A DNA stretch of 64,000 nt, the filler included, from Circinaria calcarea (taxonomy: Eukaryota): the NCBI GenBank assembly GCA_051942165.1. It is 3 parts of 3 records of this genome, joined end to end, with 100 filler letters (N's around TTAATTAATTAA, not from the genome) between each part and the next. Parts side by side here need not be neighbours in the genome. Positions count along the whole stretch, not along the records: positions 22,169 to 44,228 come from JAVECS010000133.1; 2 more parts are not named here. The stretch is one strand, 5' to 3'. The number at the start of each line of letters is the position of its first letter. The stretch's first letter is position 1. A model generated the notes under the pieces. It ran no database searches. It was not told the origin of the DNA and saw nothing but the letters and a program-made list of their open reading frames with translations. A program made the position numbers and the translations under genes. Shown here piece after piece: positions 23,287 to 34,962 of this stretch.

Positions 23287-25980
23287 ATGGCAGACGCTCT
23301 ATCGTCTCTCGCCGCGGTGGTCGGCCTAGCAGATGTCACTTGTCGCATTGGCAAAGAACTTTACGTCTTCTTCAACGCGATTAAACATGCTTCGCAGGAT
23401 GTTCAAACTATGCTCAAGGAGCTTCAACAACTTGATACAATCATCTCTGGCATTCACACCTTGGCAGAAAATAACAACAAACCACCTTTTTCGACCGATG
23501 ACCAGCTCTCTTTTTCTGCAATATTCCAAGCTTTGCATGACTGTAAAAACGAATTCGAGACTCTTCGTGAACTGGTAGAGAAATTTAAACCGAACCAGCA
23601 ATTGGGGGCAAAAGAGCACCTGGCCAATAAAGTCAAGTGGATACTTGATGAGAAAAAAATTACAAAGTCTTGCCGGAAATTAGAGAGGCTCAAACTTTCA
23701 CTTACTGCTGTCCTTACCAGCGTAGGATGGTGAATTATATACTCCGTTCTCGAGTAATGGCGCTCGCTGATAATTGTATAGGCAGAACAGTGTAAAAATA
23801 CAACATCAGCTCAAGTTCGACCGAGAAGACATTTCAAAGAATCAGGAAGCGGCTGCGTTACAAAACCAAGCTTTTCATAATGATATCAAGTATGCTATGA
23901 CAAATTTGCAAACTTCTTCGACGCAAGCCCAGGTTTCTTTAAACGACCTGCAGGTATCGACATCCACAGGCATTTCTAACCTTCAGGACATTGCCCAAAC
24001 TACTCAGATCAACACTACTACTGTGCAAAGGCAGATCCAAGAAGCTCAAGTAACTGTCAGCACTGGCCAGAACGAGATTCGCGGTGAGATCGTGCAAGCC
24101 AGCAGTAATACATCGAGAGCGTTGCGGATAGTTTCGAAGAACATGAAGAAAGACCGAAAGCTTCAGATGCAAAGTCAAAAGAGTCTCAACAACTTCATAC
24201 GCAAGAACACGAAATGCCTCGGATCCATACTAACGCAACTTAGTTCGATGACGATAACCAGCGATAACGTAAATAATGTGAATGCCTTGACTGACGATAT
24301 CAACCTCGAGACCATCACTATGCCGCTAATGCTCATGAAATCCCATTTTTCGAAGACCCTCGCCATGCTTGCACAGGATCCACACATAGATATATCCAAC
24401 GAAGATGCTGATATGTTGCTTTTGGAGTTCAATAAACTCCTGGCCGCCAGCCATGCTGCGTCAGCAAATGTACTTAAACAAGATCCATCGCAAATATCAA
24501 ATGAAACGATAAATCCTGCTCGAACGCCAACAAATATAAGCGCAGCTACCTCAGATGATACATCGAAATCAAACAAGAGACGCCATCAACAAGAGAAATA
24601 CCAGCCTGTGAAAAGGCGTCGCCCGCTTTTCGGAGAATACATAGATACGGGCCATCTTGTTATTGGAATTAGTGGCGAAAGCAACTCAGAGTCTCGGACA
24701 CAATCCCAAGTGGTTGGCGCACTCTTCATGCCTCTTCGGAGACTGTGTCAAATAGGGGTTTACATGGAGTTCAAGAAAATCATGAGGGCAGCAAGTCACC
24801 CAACCATCAGTCGATGTATCAGAACTTTCAAAGTAACAAAGCTTGATTCGGCCGCTATTCTGGCGTCGAGGAATAACGATGTGAGTAAGCTACAAAGCCT
24901 TTTCTCAGAAAGAGAGGCATCACCTTGGGACCGAGATGACTGTGGTCATGGGCTTATACAGGTATAATATCTATACTTTTATTTAAGGGTTACTAATTAC
25001 TAATAGAAAGCCGCACGGCATGGCGCGGAAGAAGCTTGTCGGCTTCTTGTGCAAGAAGGAGCCACTTTCCATGATTGTTACATGTCAGTAACTAAATCAA
25101 ATATTTTAATACTTTTTATGGCTAAATTATAGGTTATAGGGGGGGACATAATGTCCTATGGGCAATCTGGCTCGGCTACTTTGAGCATATTGGGTCGGGA
25201 TATTATCGTGATCAGCAGTTTGAGCCACCTAATCACCTTAATCATTGGATTAAATTATCTGACTTTTTTATTCGAAATGGTGCTCTGGTGGAAGACTGCC
25301 ATGGACTGTGGGAAGGATATGCGACTTTATTGCACTTACCATCAGTCCATAGATCAATACCCATCACTCCTTTAGCAGAGTTATGTCGATACTTTCTTCG
25401 TATTGGTTGTGATATGGAGGCTCGAAACTCGTATGGCCAGACAGCTTTCCTTCACGCTGCCATGTGTTCGGCGGATACAAACTGTGCTGCATGGCTTCAA
25501 ATACTTATTGATAATGGTGCCAACATTGCAGCAACGGACAAAGAAGAATGCAATGCGCTCCATTGTGCATTTATACCCATTGGCCCCTGGGGGGAACCCC
25601 AGTGGTGCAAGGACGAAGAATTAGAGTCTAAGCTCAATGTTTTACTTCAAGCAGGATGTGATCCAAACAGCGTCAACTGTTATGGCGAAACCCCTTCAGA
25701 TTTCGCTCGACGCTTTAAGCGTTCGAAGATATGGAAGTCAGCTTTGGAAAAGGCGGGTATCGACAGCAAGGGCTTTGACGCTGAGGATTTGTACGACGAT
25801 TCTGATAAGATGTATGATTACGATGAGGATTTGTACGACGATCCTGATAAGACGGATGATGGCAACGACACAGCTAGCAATAGCGACTCCGACCAGGTTA
25901 ATGATGATGACGATAACGATGACGATAGCGCCAGTCAAGATCTCGACAGTGATGGAGGTGTAACCTTGGATCACCACTGA
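23287..25980 (+). CDS. HeLo-like (fungal STAND N-terminal) domain + coiled coil + ankyrin repeats + acidic tail; no NOD
   Basis: MADALSSLAAVVGLADVTCRIGKELY...KVKWILDEKKI. Introns ~23730-23781, ~24962-25006 and 25084-25139 join into one frame. Ankyrin motifs ASPWDRDDCG, GQTAFLHAA, NALHCA and GETPSDFA. Confidence 0.8.
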
Positions 25981-26653
25981 CGTGGACGGGTTCCATAATG
26001 TTCTATTGAACCCGTAAGTTATTGATGGGAAGGGAAGGGAAGGGAATAAGCAGACCCCTGTGCGTGCTGAGGAGGAGGAGGAAAACTTGGAGATTTTCTG
26101 AATTTGCAGGCGCTGGGTAGAACTGAACGCCGATGCTCCAGCTTGGGGCTTTACTTTTTACTGGGCGAGAGATGGGTATAATGAAATGGAAAATTCCTAC
26201 ATGTCAGAAGAAATAGTTGGCCAATGGTAGAGGAAGGAAGGGTCGAATGGTCAAGAAGGGAGGCAGAAGGTGACAGACAATCGCAACGATATGCCTACTT
26301 TGTGGAAGTTCGGAACGGGCGGGAAGGGAACGAAGCCAATGTGCAGTGGAGAGATCACTATCACGGGTTCGGGAACGTAGGATTATGGCCAAGGCTTTTT
26401 GGGTTTGAGCGAGAGTGTTTAATTCACTGGAGGGATAAAGTTGCTTGTCAATTAGACGAATATTCATGGTTCATGATTCATGAGAACTGCACACCGCCGC
26501 AGCAGCAGCTGTGCTATCGCAGTCATTTACATTTTTGGGCTGTTGGGAACGTGGGAACGACATCACTGCTTTTAGCTGAACCGCTACCCGCCTGCTCTCC
26601 CACTAGCCAGTTCGATACTCCCCATGATACCTTTGCAACAAGCCGTATCCATT

Positions 26654-29007
26654 TTACTTTTTGGTTTTCCTCGCCGGCTGTTTCTTGGGTTTGGGAGGCG
26701 CTGCCTTGGAAGAAGGTTCAGGCGTAGGATTCGGAGTTTCGGATTTCGGTGCCGGTTTCCTCCCTGCCGGCGTTTTGCCTTTACCAGATGGTGAGGGCCC
26801 ACTACTCCCAAGTAAAGGCACGATAGACTCGGCTAGCCTCGGTTGCATAGACGTCTTCCTCTGCCTTCCATTCCTTACGGGGGCCTTTTGGCTTTCGACA
26901 GCCGCGTGAGTTGTTTCAGCTACTGCTTGGTTGTCATCCGTAACATCCTCCATCGAAGCCTGCGACATGCTATTCGCCAACGGTGAAGCCGTCTGCGGCG
27001 GAGAGGTCCCTTCGGTCACCATCTTCGAGTACGACGAACGCCTGGTTGAAGATCCAGCAGACGATGCTATTTCTGGCAAACTGTCCGAGTAACGCGCGGG
27101 TAAACGCCGAGCGGTTGGACTGCGGACGGGTTTGTCACTCTTTGATTGCGATAGCGTTTTGACCGGGTCCGAACGGCTGCTGGACGCCGTACAGCCAGGC
27201 CCTGCTGGTGTCTCTAGGTCTTGAGTGGTAAGTGTCAGCTTCGTTGGTCGTCGTCTGGCAGGCGTACTACTACAGTCGCCTTCTACAGATGCTTGAATGC
27301 CTGTGGATTCAGGGTTTGCAGCGCGCTTCTTCTCGGTATGCTTATTTGAGGGAGTTTTCGGAGCAGGATTCTTCCCGGATTTTTCAGCGATCTCATTTCC
27401 CGAAGATGTCCTCTTGATGCCCGTCTTCAGAGGCTGAGCAATCTTTATTGGGACTTCGGCAGCCATAGGTAAGGTGGGGGGCATTTCCGCGCACTCGGTT
27501 GGATCATTATTAGCTGGCCTGCGACTTGGATCAGTTGCTTGATTCAACTCCCTTGACTTGGTGTCTAAATCACCGGGTGCGCTTTCTCTGGTTGATGGCA
27601 CGACTTGACTGGAATTCAATGCCGGAGTGGTCTGTGGTGGTCCTATGCATGATGGATAACGCTCGGATAAAGGGTGTTGGGTTTGAATGGGCGCTGCTAG
27701 GCCTGCGTTTGGAGGATTGTTCTCGCCTATCATTTCTGCGTAAATGCTCCGTGCGCTAACCAAACTCAAGTCGTATTCTGGTATGGTTGGGTTCAATGAG
27801 GGTAGTGTAACATTAGCTGGCTGTCTCCTTGGAACATTGTCATCTTCAGCCTGACCCAAACCTTCGGCTACCTTTTCCCAATTACCAGCAAGGGAAACAT
27901 CCATGCCTTTGCTCTTTAAGTAAGCCTGGGCCCTTTGTAAAGCAGACGTTGACGTCAAGCTGTAGTTCGCCTGGTCTTTATCAAGTAGGAGCCCCTCGAG
28001 GTGATTTTCCATGACGCGTTTATAACCTGCCTGGGTGAACCTATTCATCCTACACTTGACCCCTTTGAAAAGTCTCTCTTTTGCTTCGTCCTCATGTTTT
28101 CCATCTCGCATTAAATTCAGCTGAGCGAGTTCGATATGGAGTTTTCCGTGGAGTAACTTCTCATGTGTTTCCATTCTTAACAGCTCTAGCTGAGTGTCTT
28201 CAACTTCGAGTCTCTGGTTATGAAGTGTAATCTCATAATTGAGTGCGTCCTGTTGTGATTGCGTCAAGCCGAGTTGCTGCATAGCTTCTAATGTTGTGTG
28301 CCCATGCTCGGTCAAGTTACTCAGGATCTCAAGTCGAAGCGCCACCGTCACATCTCCCCATTCAGGGCGTTTCCCGCGATTGGCTGATGTCTCTGTCTGC
28401 GATATAGTAGCTTAGCGCAAGTGGTGCTTTAGTAAATGCAAAGGTACTAGCTTACCTTTACGCCAGAAACATCAAAGGGCTCATCCTCGCTCTCTCCATT
28501 CTCTTCGTCGCTTGTCTCCATCTCCAGTGTGTTCCATTCGGTCTTTGACCTCTTTTGGAGCTCTCCCAGCATCTCCAAATTCTGCCTGTATACTGGATTT
28601 TCAATAGAATTGCTGTGTTCGAGGTCGGTTTCGACATTGTCCTCAGTCAATCCTGCATAACGTATCTGGCGGGTATCACTATGATTGTTCCATCTCGTCG
28701 ATGGCGAGGGCATTGCTGTGGAGAAGGAATTATTGTCTGGAGAGACGTCGGCGAAACGGTGTTCATCGCTCCGATTATTTTGCAGTGGTTTTGAGTTTCG
28801 GTTAAAGTTGGCCTGGCTTTGCCTCCGGGCAACCTCGGCGGAATCAAGGGTAGGAAATGCAGCTGGAGGAAGGAGTGGATTGAAATCAACATAGGGTATG
28901 TCGAAACTTGGCCTGTCTGTGGGAGGAACATATCGCTGTTCAAAGGGAGAATCGCTGAGTTCTGGCATATACCGCTTCGGCGGATTGACTTTCTTTCGTA
29001 GCTCCAT
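26654..29007 (-). CDS. Hypothetical protein, two exons, disordered basic C-terminus
   Basis: 186-aa and 565-aa ORFs separated by a GTAAGC...CTAAG...CAG intron near 28397-28455. N-terminal RKKVNPPKRY and FNPLLPPAAFPTLD. Confidence 0.7.
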
Positions 29008-29656
29008 CCTTCGCAGAGCAAAAATCCTCTAAGTGGTCAACTGTGAGACGTGATAGTGACTACCCAACCAGAACACCAGGGTTTGTGGATGGTCTCATTC
29101 ACTGGTAGTAACGATCACGACTAAATAGTGATGAATCTTGTCACCAACAAAGGTGAATCTCCGGTAGTGCCACACGTGTTGATCGCGTGTAGAACGTAAC
29201 GATCAGGATTGTCGGGCGATATTGAACGGGACTGGATAAGAGGCTGGCACTCGTCAACGTATGGAGAGACAGTGACAGGGCCAGTTCGCTAATGTTAAGT
29301 GTGTTGAGTGTAGAGCCAGTACTTCACTCTCATGGATGGCAAAGTTGTTGAGTATCTTAGATTCGAGTAGGAAATAAACGCAAGCAGGTAAAGGTGGAGC
29401 GGTAGAGCTCCAAGCTATTGGGGACCGTTGGTGGTTGATGTGAAGACGGATATGAGCAAAGGTAGTGTTAAGGGAAATTAGGTACAAATGTATATAAGTT
29501 CACCCAAAATGCCTTTTGACGGAGAAATGGAACTTTCCGTGACTTACAGCCCATGCGGCACATCATGCTTGATTGCATAACATGCTTTGCAGCACTTATA
29601 ATATGACGACACGCAAGTTTATCAACCTCGAGCTTGGGCAGACCTAAAAGTGATAT

Positions 29657-30700
29657 TCACTCCACCCTATCTTCGAAAGGCGCATATCCATCCCGCCCTT
29701 CAAATCTCTCGTTATCCATCTGATCATACCCACCATCCAAATCCATATCAGCGTCATACGCCTCATTTAACGTCCTCTTCGACGCCATTCCATTTAAGCT
29801 TCCATTCTTTCCTCCAATCTCTTTGGGGCTAGACGGCACGCGAAGACGAGCGGCCTGCCGCTCGAACTCTGCCTTAGCCACATCACGTTTTGCACGGAGA
29901 ATAACCTCATAGGACTGTAGCAGCGTCTTGAGGGAGTCATCAAAGGAAACGCAGAATCGTTGGGATTGGACAATCTGGATGCTGCTGATTAGATCGAGAG
30001 AATACATGGCCATGATGTATGCTGCTACCACTCCTGCCGATCGTTCATTACCAGACTCACAGAAGATCAACACTTTACCAGGGGTTGGAGCGTGACTTTG
30101 CTGGTTGGAGAGGGATGCCAGGGAGCTTTGGCTCTGCTGTTGCTGCTGGTACATGGTAGAAAGATGAAGATTGATAGCTTCGATGACTCGAGGGAACGCA
30201 GCAATCAGTTCCTGGTTTCCTGCAACGTCTATGGTGCGAGTATCAATGCCCAATTCTGTTGCTGCTTTGGAACCAAGGAGTCTTGCGTGTGCTGACGTCG
30301 TGTTACGAACAGCCATGACCATGGTTATACCCTCTCGCCGAAGGAACGCCGCATCCTTGGCCGCCGACAGAGGGCCAAGGTACAAGAACGGCAAAACTGG
30401 CTGGGCCATCCGACGCTCTTCATATTTCCAGTTCAAGAGATTGTTTGTTACTGTGAAGTCGTCGTACGTGACGGTTTTGAGAAACTCGGAGTTGTTGAAG
30501 CCATTCGACTCAAAATCGAATGAGACGTCTTGGCCGATTGGAAGCTCGGGTAGGCCTGAGCCATCAAGGGCAGGAGGGGGAACAATAACGCGGGGAGGTG
30601 ATGGCACGCGGTAGCTCCAGGTGTATGATGGCAAGTGAGGCATGAATGAGGAGGATGGTGTTGGTCGTGATAATGAAGTAGGTTCAGCATGGACCGTCAT
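29657..30700 (-). CDS. Dual-specificity phosphatase family protein
   Basis: WKYEERRMAQPVLPFLYLGP; CX5R loop VLIFCESGNERSAGVVAAYIM; VQSQRFC. Confidence 0.85.
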   Translation of the reverse strand: MTVHAEPTSLSRPTPSSSFMPHLPSYTWSYRVPSPPRVIVPPPALDGSGLPELPIGQDVSFDFESNGFNNSEFLKTVTYDDFTVTNNLLNWKYEERRMAQPVLPFLYLGPLSAAKDAAFLRREGITMVMAVRNTTSAHARLLGSKAATELGIDTRTIDVAGNQELIAAFPRVIEAINLHLSTMYQQQQQSQSSLASLSNQQSHAPTPGKVLIFCESGNERSAGVVAAYIMAMYSLDLISSIQIVQSQRFCVSFDDSLKTLLQSYEVILRAKRDVAKAEFERQAARLRVPSSPKEIGGKNGSLNGMASKRTLNEAYDADMDLDGGYDQMDNERFEGRDGYAPFEDRVE

Positions 30701-31321
30701 GACTGGATTGAATCCCCCGAGATCGCAATGAGGAATACCGCCGCTAGTTACTGAAGGTCTGAAAATAGTGACAGGCTTCTCGTCGATGAAGAGCTTGTAG
30801 CATTCACCGATATATCAAGAGCATAGTTCGAGATTATACACACAGCTCGTATTGTAGAAAGACGAGAGGGATTTCAGATGCGACTCAAGGAAATATGAAT
30901 AACCAGGCTGGCGGTAGACATGGTTCAACGACCTTCTTGGTAGCGCTCGACATCAGCGTGCTTTCTCTAGACTAGGACGTTCGACACTCCTACGTGTAGT
31001 GAATGACGACTTGTATATGTATAAGATTCTGTTGCAACGCTCACCCGAGTTCATTCGTCTAAGCTGGTCGTTGCCTCAACCAATCAGAAGCGGCCGGCCC
31101 GAGCGTTAGTAGCCAAACATCGAAAACCAGGATTAATGATTAACCGAGAAAAAGTTGTCCTGCATCCAGAATATCCATTATCGTTATCCCACATGCTTTC
31201 CCACACTATGACATATGTTCACAGGCGAGAAGAATGGCTGTCAAATAGGACTCTATTCACGATGCTATACTGGTATTCTATTTACTACTGGAGTCCCTAA
31301 CTGATTTCAACCATGCCCCGT

Positions 31322-32629
31322 TTATGGATCACTTTCGTTCCCAGAAGACAGACTAATACTGCTAGCCCCTCGTATTAGCGGTGATCGTGTAGAAACCGAA
31401 GGTGGTGTGCTGGGCCGGGAATCGGTAGGTGTCAGTCTTGAGATGGGTGGGTTGCCAAATGAAGAGCTGCCCAGGGCTCTCCTGCGTGAATCGGTCTGGC
31501 TGCTACTGCTGCTTCCGCGACGAAGTCGAGTTGACGATGGCCGTTCATCGGTGTCGAAGGTGCTACTGCGTGAGGAGTTGCGTGAGGTTGGTTCAGATCG
31601 CTTCACAGAAAGTCTTTGCCGAGTGTCTTTTCCCGAGCTCTGCCTATGGTGTGTCTTTTCTATATCGACATCTCGTCCTCCTAAAACCTTGCTCCCTTTC
31701 CATCCGCGCCACCCAATCCACCACAGCCATCCGCCTTGCTCCTTGGCTCTTTGGCGTTCCTGCTTCCGCAACCGACGAAGTAATTGGACGCGCCTCTCAT
31801 TTTCCTTTTCCCAATACTCGGTTCTGTAAAGCTCCCAGTTCTCCCGAAAGTCTGGCGAGAAGGGCTTCGGCAGAAGGAGAAGCTTGATGTAGTCTCCTCC
31901 CGGCGCAAGGTCCTCTTCCCGAATGTAGTCGACATCATCCTCCCGTCCGTGTCGGACCCCTTGACGGCTGCGTTTCTCTATAGAAGCATCAATGTAGTGA
32001 TAAGACGATCCTTGAGATGGGAAAAAGGATTTATAGGGGAAAAGAAAAGCCAAGTGTGACAGCATTTCTTTCCACCACGGCCCCTTGATGACCACCACCT
32101 TGGCATTCATCGTTCTTAAGCCCCTGTTTGCGACTCCGATGAAACGGCGCGGCCACCTCACTCCCCTTTCCCATTGCCCCGTACCCCAAATCAGGATCCC
32201 CGTTACAATCCCGCCCATCAACGCAACCTTTTCGGCCATTTCGACGACCCAATAGACGGATCCGCCCATGCCGCTACCATCCTCACGAGGATGTAAGAAC
32301 AGTCCGTAGAAAAAGAGAGCGATCCAGCATGCCAGCAACAGTAAAAAGAACGTATTTTGTCTTCTTCGAGCGCGCAGAGTGAGGTACTGGGAGCGAAGAG
32401 ACGCCTCGAGAATCAGCAGGTTTAGATATATTTGAGGTGGTGAAGATGGTAGGTTCGCTAAAGGATCTGCTGGCTGGAAAGGGCCGGGAGGAGGTATGGC
32501 CCTTTCTTCGGGATCATTTGCTGATGGACTCGGGGACGGTGACCTCGATATAACCGAAGGAACGGAGGTACCCAGGGGAGCAGCACCTTTGACAATCTGG
32601 TCCAGCCTCGAACCCGACTGTCCGGACAT
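31322..32629 (-). CDS. SPO7: Nem1-Spo7 phosphatase regulatory subunit
   Basis: PQIYLNLLILEASLRSQY, two hydrophobic segments, and LLPKPFSPDFRENWELYRTEYWEKENERR. Confidence 0.9.
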   Translation of the reverse strand: MSGQSGSRLDQIVKGAAPLGTSVPSVISRSPSPSPSANDPEERAIPPPGPFQPADPLANLPSSPPQIYLNLLILEASLRSQYLTLRARRRQNTFFLLLLACWIALFFYGLFLHPREDGSGMGGSVYWVVEMAEKVALMGGIVTGILIWGTGQWERGVRWPRRFIGVANRGLRTMNAKVVVIKGPWWKEMLSHLAFLFPYKSFFPSQGSSYHYIDASIEKRSRQGVRHGREDDVDYIREEDLAPGGDYIKLLLLPKPFSPDFRENWELYRTEYWEKENERRVQLLRRLRKQERQRAKEQGGWLWWIGWRGWKGSKVLGGRDVDIEKTHHRQSSGKDTRQRLSVKRSEPTSRNSSRSSTFDTDERPSSTRLRRGSSSSSQTDSRRRALGSSSFGNPPISRLTPTDSRPSTPPSVSTRSPLIRGASSISLSSGNESDP

Positions 32630-33239
32630 GCTTATGACCGTCACTACCGCAAGTCCTGAAGCAAAACAATCCCACAAGACATGGTGATTAGATACTCTAT
32701 ATCCATTCCACCATTGTGTCCCGGGTAGTCCAAATTTCCCTCCGAGTAATACTGATGCTACAAGTGCAGCAATGTGACGTTGGTGCTTCGCGCGGGAGAC
32801 TGTTGCCCCGGCTCACCCGAAATCGCCGGCCGTAAGAAACAAATTCCAGCCAAAGTCCGGCAGGAGGCCGAGGAGGCGTCATCCACTCCCATTCAGAGAT
32901 CACTTTCTTTACTTATTATTCTTGTCACCCTCGATCTCTTACCAAACTCCCAGCGTGCTCGCATACTGTATGATCAAAGAAGCGCAATCTTTACTACAAC
33001 AATGTGTCATTAAAGCAGCCGGGCGGTGCCAGAAGGATTTTGTGAAGCATCATACATTTGTTGTGAAGCAAGTACCACCACAATTCCAAAAAGTCCTCAG
33101 GCGCGGTCTCGAACATTCTTACGGGGCGTCCCTCACACTGTTAAAAGAAGTCGCCGTAAGCTTCAAAGAGACACCACCTTCTCGACGTAGTCAAAGAACC
33201 CGCGCGAAGGCGCGAACCACATTCCGATCGTCGTCCGCC

Positions 33240-34962
33240 ATGGCCGCTACTACCTCTGGAAGTGGGGATGACCTTCGATCAACTGGGCAACAAAGCCCTC
33301 TGGCTTCCCAACGTGCCAAAGAAAACGATGCGCCTACAGCAGCGAATCGTACAGGCAGGTTTGGCGGCTATTTCACCTTGGGCTACAAGGAGGGCTTTAA
33401 CCAATGGGTACGTTAAACGGGAGCTTTCGACATCTCCATAGACTTTTCTGACGAGAGAACAGTGGGCAAACGTCCCCGCAGCAGCTGCCGAGCATGCTGT
33501 CATGTCATACGTTCCATACCTCAAGCAGCCGCCCACACATACCCAAACCGGTACCCAGCCACCTTCGGCAAATGGTTCAACAATGTCCGTATCTGATAGC
33601 AGCTCGAATGAAGCCAAGCCCGTCACAACTGGCACTAATACAGATCCTTATGGCCCTCGACAATGGAACTCAAACCTGGTGAAGCTGAGCGGTAAGAACC
33701 GGGCTATCAATGAGTTCTCGGTCGAAAGGATTGGCGAGACTGTCGATCAGAACTTGGTGATGCTGCATGGCTACGGCGCGGGTCTTGGGTTTTTCTACAA
33801 AAACTTTGAAGGATTAAGTAGAGCACATGGCTGGAAGATCTACGCACTGGATATGCTGGGCATGGGCCGAAGTAGCCGTCCACCATTCAAGATTCACGCC
33901 AAAGACCGTGAAGGCGCAACCAAGGAAGCAGAAAGTTGGTTTATAGACGCCCTTGAGGAATGGCGTATCGTGAGGAAAATCGACCGATTTACTCTTCTGG
34001 GCCATAGTCTTGGCGGTTACATGGCCGTAGCCTATGCTCTAAAGTACCCGGGCCACATCAACAAACTAATTCTAGCCTCCCCTGTTGGGATCCCCGAAGA
34101 TCCATACGCAGTCAGTGCTGCGATGCCCGAGCCCTCCGAGGCCAACCTAGCCAACGAATTCACCCAAGACCAAGACCAAACAACTGAGACCACCAATCCC
34201 AACGCCCCCAAAACAACCGACAACAACAATTTTCTCAATGCCCGCTCAAAAGCCGAGGCGCAATCTACCGCTGACAAAACTCCCCCAACCGCTCCCCGAA
34301 GACCCATCCCGAAATGGCTCACCTACCTTTGGGACGCCAACGTCTCCCCCTTCAGCCTTGTCCGATGGTCCGGTCCCCTAGGACCTCGTTTTGTCTCAGG
34401 CTGGACCTCGCGCCGCTTCTCCCATCTTCCGCCCGATGAAGCACAAGCGCTACACACATATGCCTACACTCTCTTCAAGCAGCGCGGCAGCGGCGAATAC
34501 GCCCTGGCGTACATTCTCGCTCCCGGCGCATTCGCCCGGAGTCCACTTATCCGGCGAATCGCCGGCGTGGGACGGCAGATGATTACGCCCCCGGGCGAAA
34601 GCACCAATAGCATTTCCTCCGCTTCCCTCTCCACCTCCGCCACTCCCTCAAACCCCGAGACCTCCAAACCCACGCGTGAAACCGGCATCCCCATCGTCTT
34701 CATGTACGGTGAAAACGACTGGATGGACGTCAACGGCGGCTATAACGCCCAGAAGCTGCTGCTGCAGGAACGCGAAACTGCGTTAAAGAAGGCCAGCGCC
34801 GAGGAAAGAGTCAAGGAAGGCGGGGAGGCCAAGGTGGTCGTGATCAAGAAGGCGGGCCATCATGTTTACCTCGATGGCTGGGAGCAGTTTAATAGGGTTA
34901 TGCTCGAGGAGATGAAGGATGTGAGTGAAAGGGAGAGGGAGAAGGAGGGGAAGAGGGCTTGA
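33240..34962 (+). CDS. Alpha/beta hydrolase of the CLD1/ICT1/CGI-58 family
   Basis: VMLHGYGAGLGFF, DMLGMGRSSRP, GHSLGGY, MYGENDWMD and HX4D motif HHVYLD. Intron ~33408-33461. Confidence 0.9.

Noticed and set aside
14440..26200. Starship or other large mobile element carrying the NLR genes
   Set aside because: No tyrosine recombinase or transposase ORF was seen, and the region is split by an assembly spacer and a conserved gene fragment.
29657..30700. STYX-like pseudophosphatase
   Set aside because: The CX5R Cys and Arg are both present (CESGNER), so inactivity is not supported.
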